Source of the DNA: an uncultured Candidatus Sumerlaeota bacterium
GTDB taxonomy: Bacteria > Sumerlaeota > Sumerlaeia > UBA8349
NCBI GenBank assembly: GCA_942493245.1
Contig: OW818685.1
Span: 4,194,973-4,258,972, forward strand
Length of the DNA stretch: 64,000 nt
Reading direction: 5' to 3'
The notes beneath the pieces were generated by a model that saw only the letters and a list, made by a program, of their open reading frames with translations, searched no databases and was not told the DNA's origin. Positions 1 to 8,885 of the stretch are shown in pieces. Positions within the stretch are counted from its first letter, which is position 1. Each line of letters starts with the position of its first letter. The translations under genes and the position numbers were made by a program.

Positions 1-584
1 CCCCCACCCGATGCCGCCCATTCGACGAACAGCGCGACGGACTGAGCCTGGGCGACGGCGCGTCCGCCATTCTGCTTTGCAGTGAAGAAACACTCCGTTC
101 GCGCAACCTGCCCGCCTTGGGACGGTTGACCGGCTGGGGCATTGCCAACGACGCGAACCACATCACCGGCCCCGCGCGGGATGGATGCGGCCTGACCGCG
201 GCGATCCAACTGGCGCTGAACGAAGCGGGGCTGTCCCCGGAAAACATCGGGGCCTTCTGCGCACACGGAACGGGAACCCCCTACAACGACGCGATGGAAC
301 TGACCGCGCTCGAAAGTGTGTTCGGAGAGCGGCGTTTTCCTCTCTTTTCAATCAAGGGCGCCATCGGTCACACACTCGGCGCGGGCGGAGCCATCGAGGT
401 CGCGGTGTGCCTCAAAGTTCTGTCCGAAAGCCGCATCCCGCCGACCGCCGGTCTGGAGCGCCCGGAACCGCGCGCCGAGGGACGCGCCTGTGGCGAGACT
501 CAGGACTTCCCCGGCGGCGCGATCCTGACGACCAATTCCGGTTTCGGCGGAGTCAACGCGGCGTTGATCCTGGAGAGAGCATGA
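1..584 (+). CDS. 3-oxoacyl-ACP synthase II (KAS, FabF-like), C-terminal part. The 5' end lies outside the window.
   Basis: The frame is open from nt 3. Translation FDEQRDGLSLGDGASAILL...CAHGTGTPYND...SIKGAIGHTLGAGGAIE matches the KAS C-terminal catalytic region (His/His motifs). Confidence 0.8.
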   Translation, partial: PTRCRPFDEQRDGLSLGDGASAILLCSEETLRSRNLPALGRLTGWGIANDANHITGPARDGCGLTAAIQLALNEAGLSPENIGAFCAHGTGTPYNDAMELTALESVFGERRFPLFSIKGAIGHTLGAGGAIEVAVCLKVLSESRIPPTAGLERPEPRAEGRACGETQDFPGGAILTTNSGFGGVNAALILERA

Positions 585-1327
585 TGAAACTGACACTGGC
601 GGGCGGCGCGTGGATCACGGCGGGGGGGATGGGGCTTCTGAGCGACGGAAGCAAACCGATTCTCACGCCCGGAGAACCGGTCCTCCCACGCGGCAAAGAC
701 CTCTTCGACCCCCCTCTAGCGCGGTACGGGCGGTTCGACCGCTACACCAGACTGGGATGCGCAGCGGTGGCACTGGCTTTGCGCGACGGAGGGATGGCCG
801 AATCGGGCCGCAAGCGCCCGATCGGGATCGTGAGCGCCAGCCGGACCGAGTGCCTGGAAACCGATCTGGCCTACTATCGCACCACCTTCGAGAACGGGGG
901 AGCGTTTGCCAGTCCCAATCTGTTCAGTTACACTCAGCCGGGCATCGTGCTGGGAGAATGTGCCGTCTATTTCGGGTTGACAGGACCGACGCTCTGTGTG
1001 GGCCAACCCCTTGCCGAGTCGGGACTGGGGTGGCTGGCGCTAGAAACAGCCTGCCGGTTCCTTGAAACGGGTCAGGCGGAAGCGATGCTGGCCGGATGGA
1101 TCGAGGCGCCCCCGGTTGCGCCGGAGGACTTCCCGGAATCCGAACGTCAAGCCCTGCCGACGGGCGCGATCTTCGTGGTTCTGCGTCCCGAGATGGGTTC
1201 GGCAGAACCTCCCAGCGCGTCCGCACGCACGATTCACTGGGAACGCGGGACCATGCGAACAATGGTGGGGGACCGTTCCGTCTCGATCCAATCGGTCCTT
1301 AATTTTTTCGCTGAAAATCGTGGTTGA
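581..1327 (+). CDS. KAS-like partner protein (thiolase fold, no obvious active-site Cys motif). It resembles a chain-length-factor/ApeC-like partner.
   Basis: ATG at 581 overlaps the upstream TGA (ATGA). ...SPNLFSYTQPGIVLGECAVYFGLTGPTLCVGQP... resembles a KAS N-terminal domain lacking the TACSS motif. Real start MMKLTLAGG lies within the long ORF 185..1327. Confidence 0.55.
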   Translation: MMKLTLAGGAWITAGGMGLLSDGSKPILTPGEPVLPRGKDLFDPPLARYGRFDRYTRLGCAAVALALRDGGMAESGRKRPIGIVSASRTECLETDLAYYRTTFENGGAFASPNLFSYTQPGIVLGECAVYFGLTGPTLCVGQPLAESGLGWLALETACRFLETGQAEAMLAGWIEAPPVAPEDFPESERQALPTGAIFVVLRPEMGSAEPPSASARTIHWERGTMRTMVGDRSVSIQSVLNFFAENRG

Positions 1328-1465
1328 GGGCAGAAAACGAGTCTTTTGTCTTCTGCTATGGGGCGAAAACGGTTTTGACCCCCTCACCTTTGAGGTGAGG
1401 GATTTGACTGCGCCAATCAGGAGATTGGCGGTCCCAGGAACCGCTTTCTCCGCATGAAAACGGCA

Positions 1466-1550
1466 TTTATGGGAGGGAGGGCGTCTCGCCCGCCTGAGAG
1501 AAAACCGGACTATCGGCGTTCAACCGCGGTTTTTGAAGAAACAAAACCCG
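1466..1550 (+). repeat. About 75-nt dispersed GC-hairpin element (family R1, copy 1): GGGAGGGAGGGCGTCTCGCCCGCCTGAGAGAAAACCGG...CCGCGGTTTTT
   Basis: Near-identical copies at about 9436-9518 (+) and 17755-17845 (-). It contains a GC hairpin followed by an AAAACCGG..CCGGTTTTT stem plus a T-run. Confidence 0.55.
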
Positions 1551-1637
1551 CCCTGGGATAAATTTTCGGGAAGTCTGTGGCTCTTCCCGCCGCGCTCCAT
1601 CTTGACGTCACGAACCGGTCGGTGTTAAGGTACCCCC

Positions 1638-2699
1638 ATGACAAACCTTCTGCCTCTCCTCAAACAACTCTGCGACACGTTCGGCCCCTCGGGGTTCGAG
1701 TCCGAAGTGCGCCATCTGATCCGCTCGCGGGTCGAGACTCTGGGGGATCTCCTCGAAGAAACCCCGATCGGAAACCTGGTGGTGACGCGCAGGGGCGCGG
1801 ACCCGACCAAAACTCTGATGCTCGACGCCCACATGGATGAAATCGGCTACATCGTCACCCATGTGGACGAACACGGGTTCCTGCGTTTCGCCCCGCTGGG
1901 AGCGATTGACCCACGCGTCGTCCCGTCGCAGCGGGTGGAAGTGCGCGCCACAGACGGATCGAAACACCTCGGCGTCATCGGGGTGTTGCCCCCCCATGTC
2001 ACCCGGCCCGACGAGCGCAATCGCGTGTTCGACCTGAATGAATTGTTCATAGACCTTGGATGCGCCAACGCGCGCGAGGTGGCCGAACTCGGCATCCGCC
2101 GGGGTTCACCCGCCGTGCCCTTTGCGCCCCTGACCGAGCTGGCGGGCGGGTGCGTGACGGCCAAGGCGCTCGACGACCGGACCGGGTGCGCCCTGCTGAT
2201 CTCCGTGCTCGAAGCGTTCCGCGAAACCCCGCCCCCTGTCAACCTGATCGCCAGTTTCAGCATGGAGGAAGAGACGGGCGGTCTGGGCGCTCAAACCACA
2301 GCCAACACCATGCGGCCTGACGTGGCCCTGGTGCTGGAAAACACCACCGCGACCGACACGCCCGGCGTTCCCTCGTACCGCGTGGTGACTTCGCTGCGGC
2401 ATGGCATGGCGCTCACGCTGGCGGACGCCCGCACCATCGTGCCGGAAAAAATGACCCGGTTCGTGGAAGAACAGGCACAGGCGGCCGGTCTGCCGCTTCA
2501 GATCAAACTGCCCGGAGTCGGCGGCACCAACGCCCCGCGCATCCAGGCGTCCAATGCGGGGGTTCTGACCGGCATCCTGTCCGTCCCCTGCCGGTACATC
2601 CACTCTTCGACCAGCCTGCTGTGCCTGAGCGACGCGGAAAACTCGCTCGCGCTGCTCGTGCGGCTGGTGAACCAGAGCGCCCAGCTCTGGGCAAAGTGA
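1638..2699 (+). CDS. M42 family metallo-aminopeptidase (FrvX/YpdE/cellulase-M-like)
   Basis: 353 aa. ...LDAHMDEIGYIVTHVDEHGFLRF...AKALDDRTGCALL...SMEEETGGLGA... is the M42 signature. Confidence 0.85.
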   Translation: MTNLLPLLKQLCDTFGPSGFESEVRHLIRSRVETLGDLLEETPIGNLVVTRRGADPTKTLMLDAHMDEIGYIVTHVDEHGFLRFAPLGAIDPRVVPSQRVEVRATDGSKHLGVIGVLPPHVTRPDERNRVFDLNELFIDLGCANAREVAELGIRRGSPAVPFAPLTELAGGCVTAKALDDRTGCALLISVLEAFRETPPPVNLIASFSMEEETGGLGAQTTANTMRPDVALVLENTTATDTPGVPSYRVVTSLRHGMALTLADARTIVPEKMTRFVEEQAQAAGLPLQIKLPGVGGTNAPRIQASNAGVLTGILSVPCRYIHSSTSLLCLSDAENSLALLVRLVNQSAQLWAK

Positions 2700-2738
2700 G
2701 ATCCGTTATAATAACGGGAAAAGGGAAAGAATAGATCT

Positions 2739-3080
2739 ATGGCCACCATGCTTTCCGAACGAGGCCTTCTGGGTGTCCTCCTCTACCTGTGCAAACGCCT
2801 CGTAGTGGGTGGCCTCGCGCTGATTCTGATCCTGGCGGCCATTCTCGGCTCGTTCGGGCTGGTCGGAGTCGGCATCATCCTGCGCCTGGGGGAACGGGAC
2901 TTTTCGTTGAGTTCCGAAACTTTCCGCTATTGGCCCGAAGAATTTCCAGCCATTGACCTCCTCTACGCGCAAAACACGTTCTTCATGATCGCGGGCGCCC
3001 TGCTGCTTTTCATCGGCCTGCCCCTGATCCTGACCTTCCTCGAACAACTTTTCGTCTGGACCGAACCGCCCCGTTCCTGA
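2739..3080 (+). CDS. Hypothetical small integral membrane protein
   Basis: 113 aa with 3 predicted TM segments. No recognisable motif. Confidence 0.4.
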   Translation: MATMLSERGLLGVLLYLCKRLVVGGLALILILAAILGSFGLVGVGIILRLGERDFSLSSETFRYWPEEFPAIDLLYAQNTFFMIAGALLLFIGLPLILTFLEQLFVWTEPPRS

Positions 3081-3125
3081 GCGTTTTGCCCTTGCACAAA
3101 AAAGAAACCCGCTGATGACCGCGGT

Positions 3126-4118
3126 TCAATCCGGGTTCTTTTCCGGAGGTTGTGGTCCGGCTTCGGCTTCTGTTTCGGCTTCGGCTTGATTCGTAGTAAC
3201 GGTCCACACCACCACATCGCCCACCATGCGCAGTTGGTGGTACAGGCGGCTGGTGGGCTGTTCCCGCATCTGGTCGTCCAGCGCGCGCTGGTACGAGCGC
3301 GCGGTCAGTCCCGCCAAACCCGTCGGACCGATCTGTCGCCAGCAATAGACCTCCTCGTCCCACGTGCTCATTTCCCGGAACTCCACCATGTCCGGATAAT
3401 CGAGATGCGAGATGCGCTCGGCGCCCACGCACAAGTCCAGCGCCGTATCCCAGCGCTGGCGTTCGGCGCCGAATTCAAAAGTGAGGCGGAACTTCAGGAT
3501 GCTGGCCCGGCGATGCTCCTTTTGATACATGGCGGCAAATTCCGGGCATTGGTGCAGAAGTGAACTCCAGCCGTCGGAATTCTCCTCGTCCCGGTTATAG
3601 AAGCGATACCCCAACAGGGCATTCTGGATTTCCTTGAACGGCCCGTTTCCCCATTCCAGGGGTTGATTCAGGAACGCCCGCATTTTTTCCTCCCGTCCTT
3701 TCAGGTACGCGACCGCCTGGGCGCGCAAAACCGGGTCGGAGATCGCGGCGAGCGCCTTGTCGGTTTCCACGCACTGGTCCAACCACACCTGCGCCAGTTT
3801 CCGAATCGTGGGGGACAGGTGCGGGAAGTCGTCGAGGTTCAGGAGGGGGGCTGTACCGGAGGTCGGGGTGGAGACCGACAACGTCTTCGAGGTGGGGCGA
3901 TCCGAAATACCCGAAGATTGGGAGATTTGTTTCGGCCCGGAAATGACGGGTGGGACCACCTCGATCCGCAGATTCGGGACGGTTATGGCAATCAGGAACG
4001 CCAGAAACAGGAGCAGGCAAACACCGACCACCAGGATTCCCCGTAAGAGAAGCCGCCGCCAGAACCCGGGGTTCTGTGAAGAGGAAGCCACGTCCGCGTT
4101 TGCGCCTAATTCTCCCAC
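3126..4118 (-). CDS. Hypothetical membrane-anchored protein
   Basis: 330-aa ORF with an N-terminal TM (ILVVGVCLLLFLAFLIAI) and a low-complexity S/T linker. No homology recognised. Confidence 0.5.
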   Translation of the reverse strand: MGELGANADVASSSQNPGFWRRLLLRGILVVGVCLLLFLAFLIAITVPNLRIEVVPPVISGPKQISQSSGISDRPTSKTLSVSTPTSGTAPLLNLDDFPHLSPTIRKLAQVWLDQCVETDKALAAISDPVLRAQAVAYLKGREEKMRAFLNQPLEWGNGPFKEIQNALLGYRFYNRDEENSDGWSSLLHQCPEFAAMYQKEHRRASILKFRLTFEFGAERQRWDTALDLCVGAERISHLDYPDMVEFREMSTWDEEVYCWRQIGPTGLAGLTARSYQRALDDQMREQPTSRLYHQLRMVGDVVVWTVTTNQAEAETEAEAGPQPPEKNPD

Positions 4119-4317
4119 GTTGTTGATCTCCCTGGAGTTATAGTAAAAATTTGCCGTTATCGCGTTTCCCGAGTCGCGCCTCTGTTACTATAGACGCAAA
4201 AAGGGGGATTTGGTTGGAAGAAAAAGTGACATTTCTGAAAGTTTTTTTGGGGGAATGTCAGAGTGTCCCCGCCTGTAAAAAGGGATCCATGAGTCCCGCA
4301 TGCGCGTGAAAAGGATA

Positions 4318-4346
4318 TTGACAAGTCACAGTAATGAGCATATACT
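4318..4346 (+). promoter_or_regulatory. Sigma70-type promoter: TTGACA - 17 nt - TATACT
   Basis: ttgacaagtcacagtaatgagcatatact sits about 35 nt upstream of the DUF134 start at 4380. It is a near-consensus -35/-10 with a 17-nt spacer in an AT-rich island. Confidence 0.5.
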
Positions 4347-4379
4347 CATAATCAAGATTGACGGAGAAGGGATGGACAG

Positions 4380-4943
4380 ATGGCGGCGAGACCTTGTTGC
4401 AGGCGGCGGATCGGGTGTCAACCCGCGGCTTCTTACTTCAAACCGGGTGGCATCCCCCTGCGGGATCTGTCTGTTCAAACGTTGTATCTGGACGAGTTGG
4501 AGGCTATCCGACTGGCCGATCTCGAGGGACTTTACCACGAGCAGGGCGCCGAGCGGATGGGCGTTTCCCGCGCCACCTTCGGGCGTATTCTGGAGGGAGC
4601 GCGTCGCAAGATCGCCACTGTTCTGGTGCAGGGCCAGGCGCTTCGCATTGAGGGCGAAAAAGAGGGGGTGGAGGGTGAATCTCCCAGATTGATGGAAACC
4701 GAGGCGCCCGCCACCGGAGCGGACAAAACAGAAACAGTCCGGACACCGGAGGTCACGAGTGTTGGAGAGACGGCTCGTGGCCGCTGTGGGTGCGGGCGGC
4801 GCAAAAGAGGGGTGCATTTGAAACAAGAGGGATTTCCGGACAGTGTCCGGCAGGAGGGAACCGAAATTTCCGGCTCTCTCCGCGAGCCGCTTGCGCAGGA
4901 CGCAACGGACTCTCAACATCATACCGAGGAGGTGTCATCATGA
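4380..4943 (+). CDS. DUF134 (UPF0251) family predicted DNA-binding protein
   Basis: N-terminus MAARPCCRRRIGCQPAASYFKPGGIPLRDLSVQTLYLDELEAIRLADLEGL...GVSRATFGRILEGARRKIA is a canonical DUF134. It has a long low-complexity C-terminal tail. Confidence 0.8.
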   Translation: MAARPCCRRRIGCQPAASYFKPGGIPLRDLSVQTLYLDELEAIRLADLEGLYHEQGAERMGVSRATFGRILEGARRKIATVLVQGQALRIEGEKEGVEGESPRLMETEAPATGADKTETVRTPEVTSVGETARGRCGCGRRKRGVHLKQEGFPDSVRQEGTEISGSLREPLAQDATDSQHHTEEVSS

Positions 4944-5332
4944 AGGTTGTGTTTCCAGTGGAGTTTTATCAGGGGGACGAGAGCGCGTTGTATGGCCATT
5001 TCGGCTCCGCACCCGGCTTTGCCCTTCTGGATACGGACACGGGGGTTGTGGAACCCATGACCAACGGGAACCGGGAACATGAGCATGGGGCATGCAACCC
5101 GCTTCAGGCGCTGGGGCAGCAACCGGTGGACGCCATTGTTGTCGGCGGGATCGGACCGGGCGCACTCAATGGACTGCGCCGCGCGGGGATTCGCGTCTTC
5201 AAAAGCGACGCGTTGACAATTCGGGAGGCGGCGGAGTCGCTCCAGAACGGTTCGCTTCTGGAGGTCACAATGGACGGCGTCTGCAGCCACTCGCATGGAA
5301 CCGGCGGGTGTGGGTGTTCGCACGCGCATTGA
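4940..5332 (+). CDS. NifB/NifX/NafY-like dinitrogenase FeMo-cofactor-binding domain protein
   Basis: ATG overlaps the DUF134 stop (ATGA) and follows RBS gaggagg. MKVVFPVEFYQGDESALYGHFGSAPGFALLDTDTG...DAIVVGGIGPGALNGLRRAGIRVF is the characteristic fold. C-terminal Cys/His-rich tail (CSHSHGTGGCGCSHAH). Confidence 0.75.
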   Translation: MKVVFPVEFYQGDESALYGHFGSAPGFALLDTDTGVVEPMTNGNREHEHGACNPLQALGQQPVDAIVVGGIGPGALNGLRRAGIRVFKSDALTIREAAESLQNGSLLEVTMDGVCSHSHGTGGCGCSHAH

Positions 5333-5510
5333 GCGTCTCCCCTTTGCGCGTTGGCCAATCCCCCATTCTCAGCTTGCAATTCTTCCGGGAAAAACCGGAT
5401 AATTCTCCTGGGAAAATGGGGAAGGAAACCGGATCGCGGGTCTTTATAACGCGATCTATCTGTTGGGGTTTCCGCCGGGTGGCGGAAGCCGCGTTTCGCG
5501 AGGAGGGGGC

Positions 5511-6254
5511 ATGGACCCGAAGCCAGTCATTCTTGTTCAGGACCTGGTGGTGGAGTACAAGACCGCGCGGGGTCTTCTGCATGCGGTGGATGGGGTTTCG
5601 TTCTCGGTGCGACCGGGCGAATGCGTGGGGTTTATCGGTCCCAACGGCGCGGGAAAATCGTCCACCATCAAGACGTTGATGGGATTCATCTTTGCCAAAA
5701 GCGGGACAGTGGAAGTGTTCGGGGAGCAGGCGGGAACGGTGGCGTCGAAGCGGCGCATCGGGTACCTGCCGGAGGTGACCCTGTATTACCCCTTCCTGAA
5801 GGGGCGCGAATTGCTCGAACTGTATGGGGGCCTGCATGGCCTGTCGCACGCGCAGTTGACCGAACGGGCGCCCAAAGTGCTCACGATGGTCGGGCTGGAC
5901 GGCATGGGAGACCGGCAGATCAAGAATTACTCGAAGGGGATGCAGCAGCGGCTGGGAATCGCGCAGGCGCTGATCGCCGAGCCGGAGTGTCTGATCTTCG
6001 ACGAGTTGTCCTCGGGCCTCGATCCGGTGGGGCGGTACGATCTGCGAGCGGTGCTGCTCGACTTGAAGGCGCGCGGGGTGACGATTTTCTTCTCCTCGCA
6101 TGAACTCTATGAGGTGGAAGCGTTGTGCGACCGGGTGGTGGCGATCCACCAGGGGCACGTGCTGTTCGACCTGCCCCTGGGCGAGTTGCAGGAGCGCGCG
6201 GCGGGGGTGGGGCTGGAGAATTATTTCATGGCGGAGGTGAAACGCCGCTCATGA
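5511..6254 (+). CDS. ABC transporter ATP-binding protein (ABC-2 exporter type)
   Basis: Walker A GPNGAGKSST, signature YSKGMQQRLGIAQAL, Walker B LIFDELSSGLD. RBS gaggaggggg lies before the ATG at 5511. The ORF-track start 5463 is probably an upstream extension. Confidence 0.85.
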   Translation: MDPKPVILVQDLVVEYKTARGLLHAVDGVSFSVRPGECVGFIGPNGAGKSSTIKTLMGFIFAKSGTVEVFGEQAGTVASKRRIGYLPEVTLYYPFLKGRELLELYGGLHGLSHAQLTERAPKVLTMVGLDGMGDRQIKNYSKGMQQRLGIAQALIAEPECLIFDELSSGLDPVGRYDLRAVLLDLKARGVTIFFSSHELYEVEALCDRVVAIHQGHVLFDLPLGELQERAAGVGLENYFMAEVKRRS

Positions 6255-7066
6255 AACAACGCTTCCGCAACGTCTGGCTGCTGGCGTGGACCTTGATGCT
6301 CGAAGCATGGCGCAGGCGCGAGATCTATATCATCGTGGCGGTGACCGTGGCGCTGATCGCCGGGCTGCGGATGGTGCATTTCTTCAATATCGAGGGCCTG
6401 GGGAAATTCTACCGGGAAATCTGCCTGAAAACCATGAACCTGACGACGGGCTTGACGGTGATTTTTCTGGCGGCGCGACAATTGCCCCGCGAGTTCACCA
6501 ACCGCACGATCTACCCGCTGCTGGCCAAACCGGTCTCGCGCATGGAGTTTCTGCTGGGGAAATACCTGGGGGTTCTGGCCGCGAGCGCATTCTGTTATTC
6601 GCTCTTTCTGGTCGTGTTTCTGGTGGGAAGCCTCACGCTGCACGCGCCGGTTCAAATGGGTCTCTTTCTTCAATCCGTCTATCTCCAGATTGTGGCGTTC
6701 GCCGTATTGGCCGCACTGGTTTTTCTGCTTTCGATGCTCATGACGCCCGAAGGCGCGGTGACACTGGCCCTGATTCTGTTTGTGGCATCGCAGGTGCTCA
6801 TGAATATGATGGGTGTGCTGTACGACTTCATGAGCGTGCCGGGGCGGGTGGCTCTGCTGGTTCTGCATTTTGTCATTCCGCAATTGACGCTGTTCGACCT
6901 GTCCTCGAAAGTCATCAACAGTGTGGACGTTCAAAAAGGGGTAGCCCAGGTCGTCTGGGAACCGTTGGCCGCTGGAACGATGGGAACGTTGACGGCCTAT
7001 GGCGCGGTTTATATCGGCCTGTTCCTCGGGGGCGCCTATCTGCTGTTCCGGAGGAAATCCCTGTGA
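6251..7066 (+). CDS. ABC-2 family transporter permease
   Basis: ATGA overlap with the ATPase stop. Six hydrophobic TM segments. Start MKQRFRNVW lies inside ORF 6125..7066. Confidence 0.7.
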   Translation: MKQRFRNVWLLAWTLMLEAWRRREIYIIVAVTVALIAGLRMVHFFNIEGLGKFYREICLKTMNLTTGLTVIFLAARQLPREFTNRTIYPLLAKPVSRMEFLLGKYLGVLAASAFCYSLFLVVFLVGSLTLHAPVQMGLFLQSVYLQIVAFAVLAALVFLLSMLMTPEGAVTLALILFVASQVLMNMMGVLYDFMSVPGRVALLVLHFVIPQLTLFDLSSKVINSVDVQKGVAQVVWEPLAAGTMGTLTAYGAVYIGLFLGGAYLLFRRKSL

Positions 7067-7911
7067 GCGAACCTGCCGTTGTTTCCCGAAACGGAGACAA
7101 GACTCCGGCGCCCCGCGGATGGCGCAACATCTGCCTGGTGGCAAAGCTGACCGGACTGGATTTCAGCCGGCGCCACGATTTTGCCATCGTGGCGATGCTC
7201 ATGGGACTGTTTATCCTGGCCATAGTCGTGATTCGAATCGTGGGGTTGAACCCGACCGACCCGGAGGCGTTTGAGAATACCGCGCGTTTCCTCATGAGCG
7301 CGGGACTGGCGTTTGCGCACGTGCTGGCCGCTTTCCTGGCCGCGTCTTTCAGCGCCCGCTCGCTGTCGGAAGAATTCGAGCGGCGCACGCTCCAGCCCCT
7401 GCTGGCCAAACCGGTGACCCGGGGGGAAGTGCTGGGAGGCAAACTGCTGGCCTGCCTGGGACTGGCCGTGGGCAGTTACCTGTTATTTGCCGCGCTGACG
7501 CTATTGGCGGTACCGACGGTGGAGGGGCAACAGATGCTGGCGCTGGGACAGTCCCTGCTGCTGAATGCAGTGGGACTCATCTGCCTGGGGACACTCTCGG
7601 CTGCGCTGGCGATCCGCTGGACGGGCCTGCTGGCGGCGTTGGCGGCGCTGGCGTGGTATTTCGGGGGCGGGTTTCTAATTCAGGTGGGTGAGCAGGTGGC
7701 CCGGACCCACTGGCCCGCCGTGTGGAATATCTTGCGCCGCGCGATCGCGTGCCTGCCCGACCTGGGGTTGTTGAATCAGAGCGAGTGTTTCGCCTCGACC
7801 TCGGGCCACTTGAGCGCGGGGTTGTTCGGGGGCTTGTTTCTTTATGGGTTGGGGTGGAGTGTCCTCTTTTTTCTCTGGACTCGCTGGCGGTTCGAAAGGG
7901 TTCGGTTGTGA
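7063..7911 (+). CDS. ABC-2 family transporter permease (second subunit)
   Basis: GTG start overlaps the upstream TGA (GTGA). Polytopic. The pattern ...PLLAKPVTRGE... repeats the ...PLLAKPVSRME... motif of the first permease. Confidence 0.65.
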   Translation: MSEPAVVSRNGDKTPAPRGWRNICLVAKLTGLDFSRRHDFAIVAMLMGLFILAIVVIRIVGLNPTDPEAFENTARFLMSAGLAFAHVLAAFLAASFSARSLSEEFERRTLQPLLAKPVTRGEVLGGKLLACLGLAVGSYLLFAALTLLAVPTVEGQQMLALGQSLLLNAVGLICLGTLSAALAIRWTGLLAALAALAWYFGGGFLIQVGEQVARTHWPAVWNILRRAIACLPDLGLLNQSECFASTSGHLSAGLFGGLFLYGLGWSVLFFLWTRWRFERVRL

Positions 7912-8885
7912 AACACAGCAATGGGACAATTCTTCTGGCTCTGATCGTGGGGGGGCTTCTGCTGGCGACCTTGGGCCCCTCCCTGCGCGAGGACGCCCTG
8001 TTGGCGCGGGCGTCCTATTCGGCGAACCTGAGCGAAGCGAAACTGCAGGCGCGCAACCAGAGCGCGTTCTCGAAAATTCTGGGCGAAGCGCGAGCCACCA
8101 CCTCCGATCTGATGTTTATCAAGACCCTGAACTACGCCCACGCGGGAGTGGCCTATGCGCCGACAACGAGCATGAATACGTCCGGTGAAGGGTCGTTGCT
8201 CAATTGCGGTCCGGGGGTTCCAACCCTGATCCGCACGGCGGGCGAAGACTTCCGCGGCTTCCTGGGCAATCTGGAGCGTCAGGTCAAACCCTACCGGGAG
8301 AGCGCCAAGGCGCATATCCACACCTCGGAAACGGAACTGATGCCGTGGTACCGCATCATCACATTGAGCAACCCGAACTTTGTCCGGGCCTACCGGATCG
8401 GGTCTTCGATTCTGAGCCGGGATGGGAAATGGAACGAGGCGTTGCAGTTCGTCGAAGAGGGGTTGAAGCAGAACGCAGAGAACCCGGAACGGTTTCTGCT
8501 GTACCACTCGCAGGCCTACCTGTATCTGAGTCTGGCCCGCTCTAACGCGCAGGCTCATCCGGAGTTGGGCGCGAAGTACCAGAATCAGGCGCTCGAAGCG
8601 GCCATCCAGTCGTATGAGTTGGGACTGACGTGCCGTCCTCCGGAGGGCAAATCGGACACGCCATACAAGGGCGTGCTCTGGACCGAGACCGTGGAAGAAG
8701 ATTTCCGGATGGTCGCGATTCTGATCCCGCAAATTCTGGACTACCAGGGGCGCCGGGATGAAGCGTTCGCGCGCGCCACCGAAATCCAGAAAATCTACCC
8801 GAAATTTCAGCCGCTTCAGGCACTGATGCAACGATTGCTGCGCAGCAGCGACCAGATGGGACCGCAACCGGCGGAGGGATCATGA
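7908..8885 (+). CDS. Hypothetical protein, N-terminal TM plus TPR-like helical repeats
   Basis: GTG start overlaps the permease stop. Translationally coupled to the exporter operon. Confidence 0.45.
   Translation: MKHSNGTILLALIVGGLLLATLGPSLREDALLARASYSANLSEAKLQARNQSAFSKILGEARATTSDLMFIKTLNYAHAGVAYAPTTSMNTSGEGSLLNCGPGVPTLIRTAGEDFRGFLGNLERQVKPYRESAKAHIHTSETELMPWYRIITLSNPNFVRAYRIGSSILSRDGKWNEALQFVEEGLKQNAENPERFLLYHSQAYLYLSLARSNAQAHPELGAKYQNQALEAAIQSYELGLTCRPPEGKSDTPYKGVLWTETVEEDFRMVAILIPQILDYQGRRDEAFARATEIQKIYPKFQPLQALMQRLLRSSDQMGPQPAEGS

Noticed and set aside
762-777. TGGCAC-N5-TTGCG sigma54-like motif
   Set aside because: It lies inside the KAS-like CDS, about 870 nt from the next start codon. 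Most likely chance occurrence in GC-rich coding sequence.
6286-7062. Upstream extension of permease-2 ORF (also 10368-10955 upstream of the ABC ATPase, 24254-25042 upstream of GT2 no. 2, and 6125-6250)
   Set aside because: These extensions overlap the preceding, clearly real genes. Starts overlapping the upstream stop codon (ATGA/GTGA) give full-length family-typical proteins.
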